Positions 49,770 through 63,174 of a stretch of DNA of 64,000 bases are shown here, one piece after another. Each line of letters opens with the position of its first letter. Position 1 is the stretch's first letter. The notes under the pieces were generated by a model. It saw only the letters and a list, made by a program, of their open reading frames with translations. It ran no database searches and was not told the origin of the DNA. Both the position numbers and the translations under genes were made by a program. Source of the DNA: Takakia lepidozioides (lineage: Eukaryota > Plantae > Bryophyta); the NCBI GenBank assembly GCA_030704615.1, contig CM060733.1, positions 8,866,001 through 8,930,000 of the forward strand, written 5' to 3'.

Positions 49770-51727
49770 GAGCATCTCCATAGTGAGCAAGACCCGTCAA
49801 ACGTTATATACCCTGGTTACAGGGATGACGGTAGTTTTTAAGGGGACGTGACAGTAGCAGAGGCAGAGATAGCCCCAGGAGGCCCGCCGCCCCATCACAA
49901 TCTTGGCGCGTTGACTGAGGACATCATATCTCTTGACATCACAAATTTAATGTACAATGGTTGGTGGGGTCCCTGTATGTTTGGCAAAAGTGCCGTGCGG
50001 GAGGCAGATTTGAGGCGGGGCCTACAGCAATTCTACCGACGCAATCGTGGAGCAAGCCCCGTGGCCTCGCCATGCCAGGGGATGCCTCCGCGTGAGCCTG
50101 GCTGCATGAGCATGTAAGCGTTGTCAAGCTCACGGCACGTCAGCAGTCCTCGTCAGCGTGGTTGACGCCACTTCACGTCATGCCACATCATTTCCATAGG
50201 CACGAACCTATAATCGCGGACAGAACAGGCGGAAGGGGGGGATGCTAGATCGTGAGCCTAGAGGCGCGAGGTAGGTGCCTATTTCCGCGGAATGATTTAC
50301 CCTTTCCAATCATTGTAGACTACATCCTTAACATCCATCCCACCGCCGCCCCTTGTGTCATAAACTGCGATTTGGTAAATGTGCGATTGCCGAAGTGAGA
50401 CCTTTATCCCTCCCGTGAAAGGGAGAATGAGCGTGCTAGTTTCAACAAGCTTTTGTAACAGTCGATAACAAGATGTAGTAGCAGTTCTCTGTGCAGATCC
50501 CCAACCCTCAAAGTTAGCCGGAGTGGAATTGAGGCTTTCTTACGTAAAAATTGCCCAGATAGAATAGACTGATTTAAATATGGTCTACATACTAAGCCCT
50601 TGCATGTTTGGAAATCAAGTATCAAATATCAAATATCACACAGAGGTGATGATCGTCGATGATCATCACAATTACCCAAATGCCAAAATAGAGCAGAACT
50701 GATGATCGACACCGATCATCACTTCTGCTCTGTTTTATTTTTTGGAACAATACGGAGAAAAAAAAACAAAAAAAAAACAAAAAAAACAGAACAGAACAGA
50801 ACAAAAGTGATGATCAGTGCCGATCATCAGAATTGATGATCGACACCGATCATCATTTTTGTTTTGTTTTTTATTTTTTCTCCGTATTGTTCCAAAAAGA
50901 AAAAGAAAAATTGCTCTGGTTTGGCATTTTGGTAGAGGTCGTGATGATTGTCAACGATCATCACTTCTGCTCTGTTTTGGCATTTGACGTGTGCTCTGTG
51001 TGGCAAGTTCTTAGAACTCATGCATCATGGCATCTTTGGACATAAAGATGGACTCCTGGCTTTGAGGGGAAACCATCTTCTGCTAAACTTGTAAGCTCGG
51101 TCCACTCAGACCTTTTGTCTCTGTCCCGTAAGGTGTTCCGCATGGTTGGGGAAAGGTGTTTGCAGATGTGCCCTCTGGTTGGATGCTATTTTCCTATTAT
51201 TTGGTCTTCCATCTCGGTCTACCGTGTATCTCTGCTATGTATTGCAGGCTTCTTTTTGATATCGTGATCCATCTTCTCTTCGTTATTTGGGGAGGAAGCA
51301 GAGTCTTCATGGGTCAGCCTCTATGGAGCCTTATGAGGTTATTTTGTCCTCCTTGTAATTGTTATTGTAAACTTACAATTGTAATTGCAGAATGTTATGG
51401 AATGGATGCCACAGTTTTAGGTTTATTTCCCATTTCGGGTATTTTGATGGTATTCTTGATGGTATTTTGGTTTCATGTTGCCTAAGTTCATCCCATGGTC
51501 ATAGGACCCTCGGGTATAGGCGTTGTATATTTCTGTTGATGTGGCGGATGCTGATGTGGCACCACGTCAGCATTCGACACCATGGCAACCTGCTGGCATC
51601 ACACTCACGCCATGTCACCTGGCATGAGCGTACACTCACACGCTCGCGTGCGAGGCGCACGCGGTTCGTCATTGGCCATGCCAGATTTCGGGTTTTGGGC
51701 AGGTACAATGTCACCGTGGAGATGCTC
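49770..51727. mobile_element. Non-autonomous PIF/Harbinger element (~1.96 kb)
   Basis: TIR GAGCATCTCCA(TA/CG)GTGA with a TAA TSD at 49767-49769 and 51728-51730. Confidence 0.85.
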
Positions 51728-51738
51728 TAAGTTCTAAC

Positions 51739-52519
51739 CAGGGTTGGACCGGTATACGTGGTCAGACCTGGGTATGAGCAATGGTATGAAGAACCATACC
51801 AGATTTGTATGAAAGGACATTATACCCAAACACATAACCTACTACCAGACCAACCTAGGTTTTCACCGCTGTCATACTGCGTGCGATACCATTACTGAGG
51901 GTTGCAAGCAACAATGGAGCTCAGTAATAGGGAGATGCCTGGGAGATGACGTTAGGGTTGAGCGCCCATGCTCCACAACAAACTCTCTTCAATGAAGTGA
52001 CTTGTGACTTGAGCCACTCAAGTGGCAACTTCAACCGCTCAGGTGCCAAACTTGAGCTGCTCAAGTAGGCAACCTTAGCCGCTCACTCACGTTCAACTTG
52101 AGCCGCTGAAGTGTGTAACTGGCAAAGAAAACTTCAACTGGTTAACTCATATGTCTTTCACTGTGCTTTTCAGTATACTATTTCTATGTGCTTTATGACA
52201 TTTCTCAATGTGTAATGACATTTCTGATTTGGTATGAAGAGCAGTACAAATATCATACCAATGTCCATATACCCCCAATATGAATATCAAAAAACTCAAT
52301 ACCAATACCATACTCATATACAATCCATTTTACAGGTCCTCTTACCCTATTGATACCATGATACAGTACCAGGTGCTACCTACCACCATACCCTTACCAG
52401 CCTGGTATGCATAAGGGATGGGATCCTAATATCAGGACCAGTCTGGTATGCAAAAGGGATGGAATCCTACATACCAAGACCAGTCTGGTATTCAAAATAC
52501 ATATACCGGTCCAGCACTG
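51739..52519. mobile_element. Non-autonomous hAT element (781 bp)
   Basis: TIR CAG(G/T)G(T/C)TGGACCGGTATA (16/18), 8-bp TSD GTTCTAAC/GTTCTAAA, and many subterminal TACC/GGTA motifs. Confidence 0.85.
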
Positions 52520-52674
52520 GTTCTAAAGCCCACTTCCATAGGATGGTTGGTTCACTACAATCCCTCAAGAGTCCCTCCTTGCAAGGTTCTTCCGAAGACT
52601 TTTACAAGCCAATTCTAAACAGGAAGTAATTCCCTACAGATTTCGTATTTGGTAGTTGGGGTCTTAAGTCTTAA

Positions 52675-53823
52675 CCCCTAAATGCCCAACAAAGCCCGTT
52701 TTGGGCTTTTGAGTTTAGAAATTTTTGAATAACTTTTTAGTTTCTCCATGGAATTGTGTGAAAAATATATATAGTGTTCCTGGACATTTGGCACACCGGG
52801 ACTCACTGCCCGATTGTCTTCGATCGGCCAAGTTGCAAAGTTGTCTCATCAGGCAAGCAGGGGGAGTCAGGTTTTGATGAAGGTAATTATCTCTATTTCA
52901 TGCTAAGATCAAGTGTGTGTGGGTGAGAGAGGGAGGGGATTTTGACCAAGTGGCAACATCGCATGCATTGGCCAGATTGGATTGTTTTTGGCTTGTTGGA
53001 TGAGGGATCCCAAGGGGATGAAGCCCTAATAATCTCACCTAAATCCAAGTTGATAACTACCAAAAACCAATATATTCTTCAAATGGGCACCAAGAATTTT
53101 CTGGATCGGGACCTCCCTCGAAATTCGCAGGCGGGTGCAAGAGTCTGGACCAGTGTTGTACCAATATCGGGATTTTGACGTACATTGCTACAATGTCAAA
53201 AATGTCGATCAACAATTTACAACTACCTGCGATGTTGACAAAGGTACAATCAAAAACTCAAAAGTGCTCCCAACACCATGGCCTCTCACCAAGTCTATGC
53301 ACATAAGACAGCCATACAAAACTCAATTTTCACACATAATTTACACATAATTTGCAATCAAGTTAATTTCCTAAAAGTTGAGAGTATCCCCACCCTACAC
53401 TGAACCCAGCGTGCAAACGGAATATCAGGGTGTGGTGGGCAGGAAAATGTTCACGCCCTTGCACTGGGCACTGAACTGTGCACTGAACCCGCCGTATTCA
53501 GGGCCCCCAATACATCCCTGAATCCATGTCAACATGACCATGCCCAGGTCTAGCGCATGCGTGTCAGCAGCTTGGCAGCAGCTTGGCAACGGCCCCTCTT
53601 GCCAATGGGAGCCGAGCTGCACAGGGATGGCGTGGGTGATTCAAGGGCAAGGGTGTGCGTGAGGGGCTGCCTCGCCCCAGAACCCGACAGGCCCTGAATC
53701 GATCAGGTAATTTTGGCGCTACGGGGAATCTTCGGGCTCAAGGGTGGGGATGCTCTTACACCATTTTTTCAGTTAAGGGGTCCTTTATTTTAAAGTCAAA
53801 CTATGGCACTGGGTGTTCAAGGG
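52675..53823. mobile_element. Candidate non-autonomous piggyBac-like element
   Basis: TTAA on both sides (52671-52674, 53824-53827). Ends CCCCTAAATGCCCAA versus reverse-complement CCCTTGAACACCCAG: 10/15 identical, all mismatches transitions. Confidence 0.45.
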
Positions 53824-54152
53824 TTAAGAACCTGGTTGAGGACCGGTACTGGTCCAAAACGGGTTTGCCAGATATAAACCATCCCACAAATGGTATGCAG
53901 AAACAGTTACAGTAAAAAATGGCATCGTTTAGAACACTGAGTGCTCGGCTCACCTAACAGGCTCTCCTACCACACTCTCCGTGCATAAAAGTTCAGACCC
54001 TTTGGCCTCCACATTTCATTCAGCAGTCTGCATACACACATCAGCATGTCTTACAATGATTCATTGGCAGAGATTAACAGGTGCATCTTCACACCGCTCA
54101 ACAAACACTCTCTTGAACTACAACTGTGTCACCACATTAAGGCCTCACACAG

Positions 54153-57100
54153 TTAAACAGAAACTGTCTCAGAAAGCCAGGAGGTGAAGGCAGAGACGGC
54201 TCCTTGAAGGCGGCACATTCGAGCATCCTCCGGCAAAGGGGCATCAAGCACTGTATCGTACATCCTCATCTCTGCACTAATATCTAAAGTCGTGGTCTTC
54301 GTCTCTGCCAACAAAAGCATTGATACTTCATCGGCCATTTTCGCATACACCACTCTGCATGTTCCATTCAAGATTCAGCATGCGAAAAACAAGTTATATG
54401 TAGCAGCTTACTTCTTGCGATTTTACAGGCAGCTCAGCCTGCTTCAACACTAATCCACTGAGCCTCAAAAGGGTCTGAGAATTGTGTAATGGCAATGGGA
54501 CCATACATGCCACAGAAGCAGCAGAGAGGATCTAGCAGTCGATGCATCTTCAAACCTCCTAACCCCTTTCAGTTGCGGACAAGCAAAACAGTCCAACATA
54601 ATACCACAAGGACACCAAAAGAGAAGTAAACGTCATTGCTGACACATGTACCTGGCATCTGACGAAGCCTTGCTCCTCCAGAGGTTCTGAGACTCTTTGA
54701 GTTGCTTAAAGAAAGCCTTGCATGCAGCTGCTTTCTTCTCCAGAAAATCCTGTTTTAAATAACCTCAAACCAAATCAGATGTACTCCCATAAATGTCAAC
54801 ATTCCTACATGCATTCCTGACAAAATCTTGTATGATTTGGATATATCACAACATGAGAATCATCTCTCATCAGCACTTGTGCATCAGCAACAATGAGATA
54901 CCATTCAGTCTGTACATCCTTGTTTACAACTAGAGCATGCAGCAATACCTTTGTCTAGGCTTCCTGCCCATCTGCTAATTTGCATCTTATCTTTTCTGAA
55001 TGTCCTCATAAATGTATGTCGAGATTAAATGCAAATGTAGTGCCATGGGATTCAGCACATCCACCAAGTGGCTTTTGAGCAACTCAGCCCCCTACCTTAA
55101 AGTTTCTCTAGTGCTTTGAAAGATAGAAATAGACGGTTGAAGTGAACCTACCTGTCCCTCAATTGGACTGGTGGGGTACATGAAACTGTTCTTCAGAGTG
55201 TAGAACTTCACGTACACTCCTGCTCCCGACTCCCAATCCTCGACCTCTGTATCATGCCCTTCCAACTGGGTTGCAAACTGCAACACCTGGGTATGTTCCG
55301 CTGTCAAAAACACATACAGGAAAGAGGTTTAAGTTATGTGCAGACTGATCAAAGCTGGCAAACCAGACCATGTTCATAACTTGCAATTGGCAGCTGCATC
55401 AAACACGAACACTAGACACTCAGATTCAGAACCACTAGCAGATCTCTGCCTGTCATTGTTGCTAGATGTGGATCCTTAGATATTTTAACACTAGTGCCAA
55501 AGTCTGATGCCTGAGATCCACAGAGCCTTTGAGGAGCTACCGACTTCACACTGGCGGATTAGGAAACCAATGTGCCCAAGTCCACAGTAGATGTACTACT
55601 GCATTAACCTCTTGGAAGCAGGTGCAAGAAAGCATCCAGGCTTTGAGGAGCCAGAGGATCAGCAGCCTTCTTCAAACGTAGGGATACTAATGGACAACAA
55701 ATATTTGACAGGAGGAGAGAGAAACACAACCGCTTACATTTGACAAACAAGGCATATGATACTTTAGTCATGAACAAGAGGTGTGCGCTGCGCCATTGGG
55801 AACTCCTGATTAAGTGTTCAAGCTCCTTCTTGGAATTGCGGGTATAATGACAGTATACCGCCTACCAACATCCAAGCAGTACATAAAAATCTTTCCCTAC
55901 AGACTTATCACAAGGAACCCCATCACAACCAATAGAGCAACACAACTGTACTCTTTAATGTTTATGAGCATCCACTAACTTCCCATGGCATCCATTAATA
56001 TACAACATCAGTTAACGTACACAAATTAGGCTCAAAAGGCCTGGTATAAGAGGATAAGGACTGCTAACGTGCTCCATGAAAAGGCAGCATTGACATGAAC
56101 CTCTCCAACACCTAAACTCTCATAAAATTCTCCGACTTGCTGGTTCATTGTCAAGAGTACATCAGAAGCACATTTGCTTAGTAGAAGTAGCGGTCTTATG
56201 AGATATGGTTTAGGACACCCTGAAAATGGAATCAATTATCTGCTGCAAGAAGTCGTATACATTGCTAGAGATAGTACACTCTATAAGACACAGGATTTAA
56301 TCATTATACCAATGCTTCGTGCAGCCACTCAGATGGAATACCGAGATCATCCTCCAGGAACCGGAGCTGAACATCCGAGGTGCTCCATTTTTCACAGTAC
56401 TGGCTCAAAAACTCTTTGACCACCTTCATGTTGCTCATACCAGCACCAGGAAGTTAGACGCATGTGACAGCCAAACCAGAAATATTTATGCATCCAAAAT
56501 CTTTGGGTATTTGCGTTCTTCCCTAGATTTAGTAAACAACTTCAATGCCATTCAAAGTAGAACTGACAAAACCATGGTGCACAACTTGAAAATTTAATAT
56601 GTAGATTTCATGTTGTATCCAAAGCTCTGCTCACCTTCTCATGGAGACCTGCATTTTCCGGAGACCAAGGCATGTGCAGCACAACATAGATAGCCCATTG
56701 GCAGAGCCCAGCAGCCAGAAGTTGACTTGCGAAGTTCATATGCAAAGAATGTAGATCTTGACCATCCAGGGCCTTGACAGCATGGAGAAAGCCTTGCTGA
56801 TGCCACGCCATCCTGTGGTCCAGCCGATCAAACGTTGAAGCTGCTGAGCAAAGCAGTTTTCTAGAGTCTACTGCACCTCGCTGCCCTTTGCTTGCATGGA
56901 GTTGCATTAGATAGAATGCAGTGTCATAGATATCGCTCTGAAGTTGGATCCCATTGGTAGCTCCTTCTTCAACATACTTTGGAATAGGCATGGGGGCTTC
57001 ATTTCCTTCCATGAGCTGTGCATACGTAGAAATGATGAAAGAAAGATCAGAGTCCGGTGCCAGTCGATACCACATTACAAGCCCTAAGAACCGTTTCCAG

Positions 57101-60100
57101 TCAATGGGACGGCCAGTCAAAGCACCCCTTAGGTCACCTGCAAGAAGCTTGAGTATGGATATTCGGTCAGCCTCTATCAGGGCCTGGTCAAGGCCCTCAG
57201 AGAACCACACCTCCAGCTGGGTTGCCATGTCTGCCCGACTCTCAATTGAGCCGCCTGCCTGGCTCAATAAACAACCGAGTCGCACATCCCCTCTTGTTAC
57301 AGCCTTCTCAACCGCCTCATCCAATTGGCGGCCTGTTAAGAGTATAAACATCTCCTCAAGATCTTTCTCATCCTTGAGAAGGCTCAATTCCTTCTGCACC
57401 AAGTGGCTCACACTACCTTGTAGCCAGCCACTAAATTTTGCTCTTCGGATAAAAAGCTCTTCCTCTGGGTCAGCAGGCATCTCAGACTTGCCCATGATAT
57501 CAAGGTCTTCCTCACCAAGGTTAAGATCTGCCCCCCCTCCTGGCCAAACCTCTCTCTCAGAGAAGAGCACACTGACAAGCTGCCACACCATAGCTTGATG
57601 CCTTAACACGATGCAGTCAGCAGTGGCGAGTCCTTCCACTTCATACTGCTTTTGTAATAGGTCTTCATAATCACGACAGACCCCTGGAAGCTCAATTGGA
57701 TTGCACATCAAGGTGCGTAAACGCAAACCACCAGCCGCAAGCTGAGGGATGCCATCCACCACCTGGCTCATTGACATGTGAAGTGCCAATGGTGATACAA
57801 ACTGCAAATCTACCAAGTCATCTCTTACAGTCCCTTGGTCGTCTCTCACTGTCCTGTCAAGTGCAACCCTCTCAAAGCGTATACATGAAGAGAACCCACA
57901 ATTTAAAGCATCCTGTCCCATAGGTGTAGCACAATGCACAAGGACACCGTTGGGGCCCCAGCCCACCCTGAACGAACAACCTAGGAATAAGGCAGCATCT
58001 GCAATGTGGTCTGAGCGTCTACTAGCATTATGAGCCACATCCAATTGGAATCCAGTCCTCCGTGGCCTCTTGAGTGTTAGGCTATCTTCCTCCCCATACA
58101 GCGCAAGAGCCAACTCTGAACCTCTTGAAGGAGGAGAATCAATGATTGGAAACTGCTGCCCTGATATCCCAACCTCAAGGCCTGAATGCATGGGTGAGCG
58201 TTTCCAGGAAGTGTGGGGGCTGACCCGCATCTGCTTTGCTGGCCCACCTTTCCAAGGGGATGAACGCTGGGGCCAGGCAGGACGTCCTCCACCTTCTTCC
58301 ACAAGGAAGGATTTATGTGAGTGATCATCAGGGGCAATCACATTTGGCCCAAGAGGCCACACCTGACGGCGCCCAAATGCACCAGGTACCTCAATGTCAT
58401 CAGCCTCCTCCCCTTCAGCAAAGAACAGTGAACGCATTTGCTGCATCTTCATAGGGTCTAGCCGCAGTTGAGTAGGGAGAGAATGAGGGAGGGCTGCCTG
58501 GGTGACACGCCGTTGAATCCCTTCCAGCAATGCCTCCTCAGATTCTTCATCCATATCTGCGCCAGTGTCATTGACCATGCTAGAGAGTTTCTGGGGTGAT
58601 TCGAACACTGGATCTACCAGGTCTTCATCCTGCATGCCCTCCTCAACCTCCATCATATCCATACCTGCATAGATCCGAAATCAGAGGAGTTCCAAGTGGA
58701 GTTACTTCCTTGGAGGTTGACATGAGTCTGTCGGCTGGTAACTATCACTTGTTTGCAACACAACCCCTTACACTACGAATCATATGTTTTGCATCAGCCA
58801 TCTTTTCAAGTCATGACCAGGCCAGCAGCTGGAGACTACACTCGGGCACCATAAGTAAAAAGATGCAATAAGAGACACCCAAGTAGGTGGCGATGCTCAA
58901 TCCTGTAGCCATAGCTCCATGCGGGCAAGTTCATTCGACTGCCAAAAGCTAAGATCATACCCTGCTATGTGTATCCTAAAAGCAGGGACAGATAGAGCCA
59001 GCAGACTACTCACAACTCAAGCATGAATGAAGACTGTGTCGTAGCATAAAGAGTTTACATTCCTCCTAAAGGTCCTCACATGCCTTGGAAAAGGCCTGCA
59101 GCCAAACAGACCCCTTCCGAGAATCTCCCATGAAAGTTCTGAAGCCCCCGGTGGAATGGTGGCCAAATCACCCCGCAAGAAAGAACATCCAGAAAGGTCC
59201 AAGTGACGACACTATAAGATGGAGCACTAATCCTGTTGTCAATCATGGTTTGGGATCGCTCCTTAACACCAGTCAACATCCACCATTGAAGCCTCTGAAC
59301 ACATAAGCTAGCGACTTGGCCAGCAATATTTTATTCCAGTAAGAACATAAGCAAGATCAGCACAACCCCACAGTTACCAACCTGTGTAGGAATGTAATCA
59401 CGGAACAACTTGTCTGTATGACAATTGCCCTGGTTACTTCTCGAAGGTTCAGAATACATTTGAAGGAGGACATCAAGATCACATGCTCTATACCTTCTAC
59501 CTGAAAGGATTGTTCCGTACCTCCAACAACCACTACAGGCTGTCATGCCCAGACTCAAATTATGTGGGGCAGTCAATTCAGAAAGGCAATTAGGACTGGT
59601 CCATGTAACCACTGCAGTACCACAAGTCTGATGTGTGTGGCTTTGGGCATATGGAACCATCCACAGGTGCCAGCATTTGGACTGGAAATCAACCTATGAC
59701 CTGATGCCTGACTTGGTAAAATCGCAAACTATGAAGCCAAAATTATGGCCAATATGTACATGTTCAATATGTGCAAATTATCCATGACCAGATTATGCAG
59801 TATACTTCGTACTTGTTCATAAAACGTTGCAACCAGCGCAACCTATACATCATCCAAAATTCACATTTAAGAATTGTTTCCATTGCAGTCCCCATCATAA
59901 AATTGAAGGAAACCATACAAGCACTGATGTTGGTGCCTAGGAGAACAAAAACAAAACTAACATGAATAGTGTTTTTTCTTAATCCAACAACTAGATTGTC
60001 AATATCATCTTAACCTGAATGTCCTGTAAAAACAGAAATCTACGCAAATGTGGCCTGTGCTCAACCTTGAGTACAAGAGAAAGCACCAAGCTTACAACTC

Positions 60101-63100
60101 TGGAGGAAACCTAAACTCCAGCTCACCAAACTGAATATCATAACAACCACCACCTTTACTGCAAACTGATTACATGAAATTCTTTGTAATAGTCATACCT
60201 GCCGAGAGTAGAGCTTTGCCCGGATCTGACGTAGGCATGTCCTCCTCATCAGAGTCCATATCAAGCCCATACCGACTGAAATGCTTCACTTGGAACTTCC
60301 ATTCTCCTTTTAACCCATTATATGAGATGAATTCTGCACCTTGCTCCTCAGTCTTCTTCTTCAACCGTTTCTCAAACTTCTCAACCTCAGGGCCATATGA
60401 GTAATGCTGGCCAGTTTTCTTGTCTACACATTTTACATTTGAGAGGGTCACTTCCGCAGGTTTGTTTAGGCCCTGCCCAACTGATGGCTTCTTGCTCTCA
60501 TCCATATAGACTAGGACTTCACACTTATTAAACTGGATGATGCTTTCTAAGTCCAGTCGCCGCACATCTGTCTCCCCCAGAAACTTGACTGAACCATAGC
60601 CCTGCACATCAAGGATCACAATGAGGTCTTCAACATATCACAAGACTTTTTGAACTCCAAACAATTAGTCACAGCGCAACGAAAGACATACCACTTCCGC
60701 TAGTACTTTTAAAAAAGTAGTTAAGAGCTCACTTCATAGACCGAAACCTAAAAACTCAAGTACTGATGAGCAAATGGCAACCGAGCCGTGGCGAGTTGTC
60801 AATTTACAAAGGAAGATGAACTGCTGCAAGAGGAAATGCAGCAATACATCGACCAAACACAACTACACTGCATCAAAGCCAAAAAACTTTGACACCAAAA
60901 TTCTAAAATGGAAACACTCTTACCAATGCAAGAAATTCACCACTCATAGGTTAGCAAACTTCTACTTAGAGAGGAAGATCGTAAGAGGTATGGTGCATCT
61001 GAGGATAACACCAACAAATCGCCACAACATTTTATCAAGTCAATTAATACCTTTCTCACCAACATCCTAACTGACCCACAGCCATGAAGAGTGAAAATGA
61101 GATATAAGACAAGCTACCCACCTTTCGTCCAACCACAAAGTCGCCAACACGCCGGCAGTACCCAGGTTCTGCTCGTTCCTTCGCAGCAAGTTCTTGGACT
61201 CGTGGCTCTGTGAAATAATCTGAGTGGCGAAGCTTTGGCATTAGGGCCTCAATATCAGCCCCATGTTCATAGGCAATTGCAGCTTCCCCTGCACGATGGC
61301 CTGTAATGGAAATGTAGCCATTCCCCCTGTGATTATGCTCATCGCGTACTCCATTTATCTTTGCAACCTGCTTGGTCAATGGCTTATCTGGTGACTTTGA
61401 GGAAGGTGCTGGAGTCGCCTCCTGACTGGTGTCTACCATATCAGGGCTTGGCCAGCTGTCTGAGGGACCTGATAGAACATTGACACAGATTACTCACCCC
61501 ATGAAAGACGATCTTCTTTGCAGAACTCTCAAATACCATAAAGCACGAAATACAAACTGTCACATGAACAAAATTGTCAATTTCTAGACGCCAGAAGACT
61601 ACACAGGCAAAAGTAGGGACAAAACAGGATGCACTGTGGGAACCAATACAGTGCAGAAATTGTCCTGAAGGAATGCAAGATTCTCAACATTAAGGACACA
61701 AAAACTTCAGCAGAAACAAAGAATATAACAAGACGGGTAGTTAATGGACCATCTTTAGTTAGAGAGCCCAGAAGCTTACTTTCTGCAATAGGCTGAGGAA
61801 TAGCCCCACCACCCATTGCATCCCTTGCCTCCACATCTATACCTGCAAACAATGCGGCACTCATTTCATTAGTTTTGAACTCCATTCAGGACACAGACGA
61901 AGTCATAATATTGGGTTTGGCCAACCAACAACTTCCCACCAGGATTACAAGGAGACCCACATACACACATGATTGATATCTGTGTCCCACCCATGCCTGG
62001 AAAAAAAAGAACAAGACAGAGTTTGCAATACATGAAGACACCCACATACACAAAGACAAAATTAGCAAGTAGACGAACACACTCAGATAGACCACAGCAT
62101 TCTTCTCTGAAATAGGGAGCCCCAAGGAACCCACGCAACCCTTGCCTGAAAATACACTGATTACTGACCATTCATTTGTATGGGTGTGGCGATTTCTCTA
62201 ACATCTGGTGTGCCCTTGACTGCAGATGGAGTTACTGGAGATTGGTCTGGCTGGCGAATAAAGAGAGCTCGTGGATTTTCTCGAGGAACAAACAATACAT
62301 CTGCCTTGGGTGTGGTAGGTGTTTCTTCACCATCACTGAAAAAAGAAACCTGCAATGCAATTTTTAACACAACACAGTCAACACAGAGGTCTCTGCATGC
62401 CAACACCAAATGAAAATATCTAAATGGTTGACTAGAGATTTTAAGTTTCCAAATTCATCACATAACCAATGAAGCCTTACATCATGTTACTTGCGAATCT
62501 CATACTCCCTTGGTCACATATTCCACTCATACTTTATGAATACATTCTATATTAATTACTAGAATGCATCACCTGGAAATCAAAATCATTTAGTTCAAGT
62601 CCCAAATACACAAAGCTGTCCGTCAGGCAAATCAGCGTTGATATGGAACCAAAGTTTACGCAACTAAAAAGCAACTAGAAAAACGAAGGAATGACATGAT
62701 TACCTTCGGGCTGTCTTTCTTGGGATGATACCTCCTTGCATGCATCCGAACCTTGGATCGTTGTGTGATATGCCTTGGTGTCAGCAATGATGTTGTCCGC
62801 ACTTGAGTAGGTTTCTCTGACACCTGTGGCAGTGAATCTAACTGTAAACATTCCTAGCTTTCAATGCAACCACTCAAACTGCATCATAAGAGCAAAGTCC
62901 CTACCAAAGCTTACCATCTTCAGCATTATGACAACCCTTCAGTTAACCAGACGACAATATTAAACATCAAAAGCATAAAACTAGGCCTTTCAGTAATGCA
63001 TCAATAGACGCTTGCAAAGAAAGCAGTGAACTTACCGGCATACTTGAGATCCCATATTGAACTGATGGACCAGAGCCAGCACTACGACCAATCAACATTT

Positions 63101-63174
63101 GAGGCATGGCAGGCAAAGTCCCAAAAGGATTGGTCACCGGAGCAGGTGTTGCTGCCATAACATTCTGAGCAGGC
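54153..63174 (-). CDS. NUP98-NUP96: Fused NUP98-NUP96 nucleoporin precursor (FG-repeat N-terminal exons lie beyond the window)
   Basis: Exons 63174-63036 ([11 protein letters not shown]), 62823-62704, 62349-62169 (PRENPRAL), 61842-61780, 61468-61122 ([13 protein letters not shown]), 60601-60199 (autoproteolytic domain ..[13 protein letters not shown]), 58664-56635 ([22 protein letters not shown]), 56423-56310, 55861-55738, 55300-55152, 54749-54652 and 54354-54153. All splice phases are compatible. Confidence 0.9.

Noticed and set aside
53151-53939. Second hAT element starting CAGTGTTGTAC
   Set aside because: The candidate right end is weak and has no 8-bp TSD.
56954-57598. 214-aa plus-strand ORF
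   Set aside because: Antisense shadow of the large NUP96 exon.
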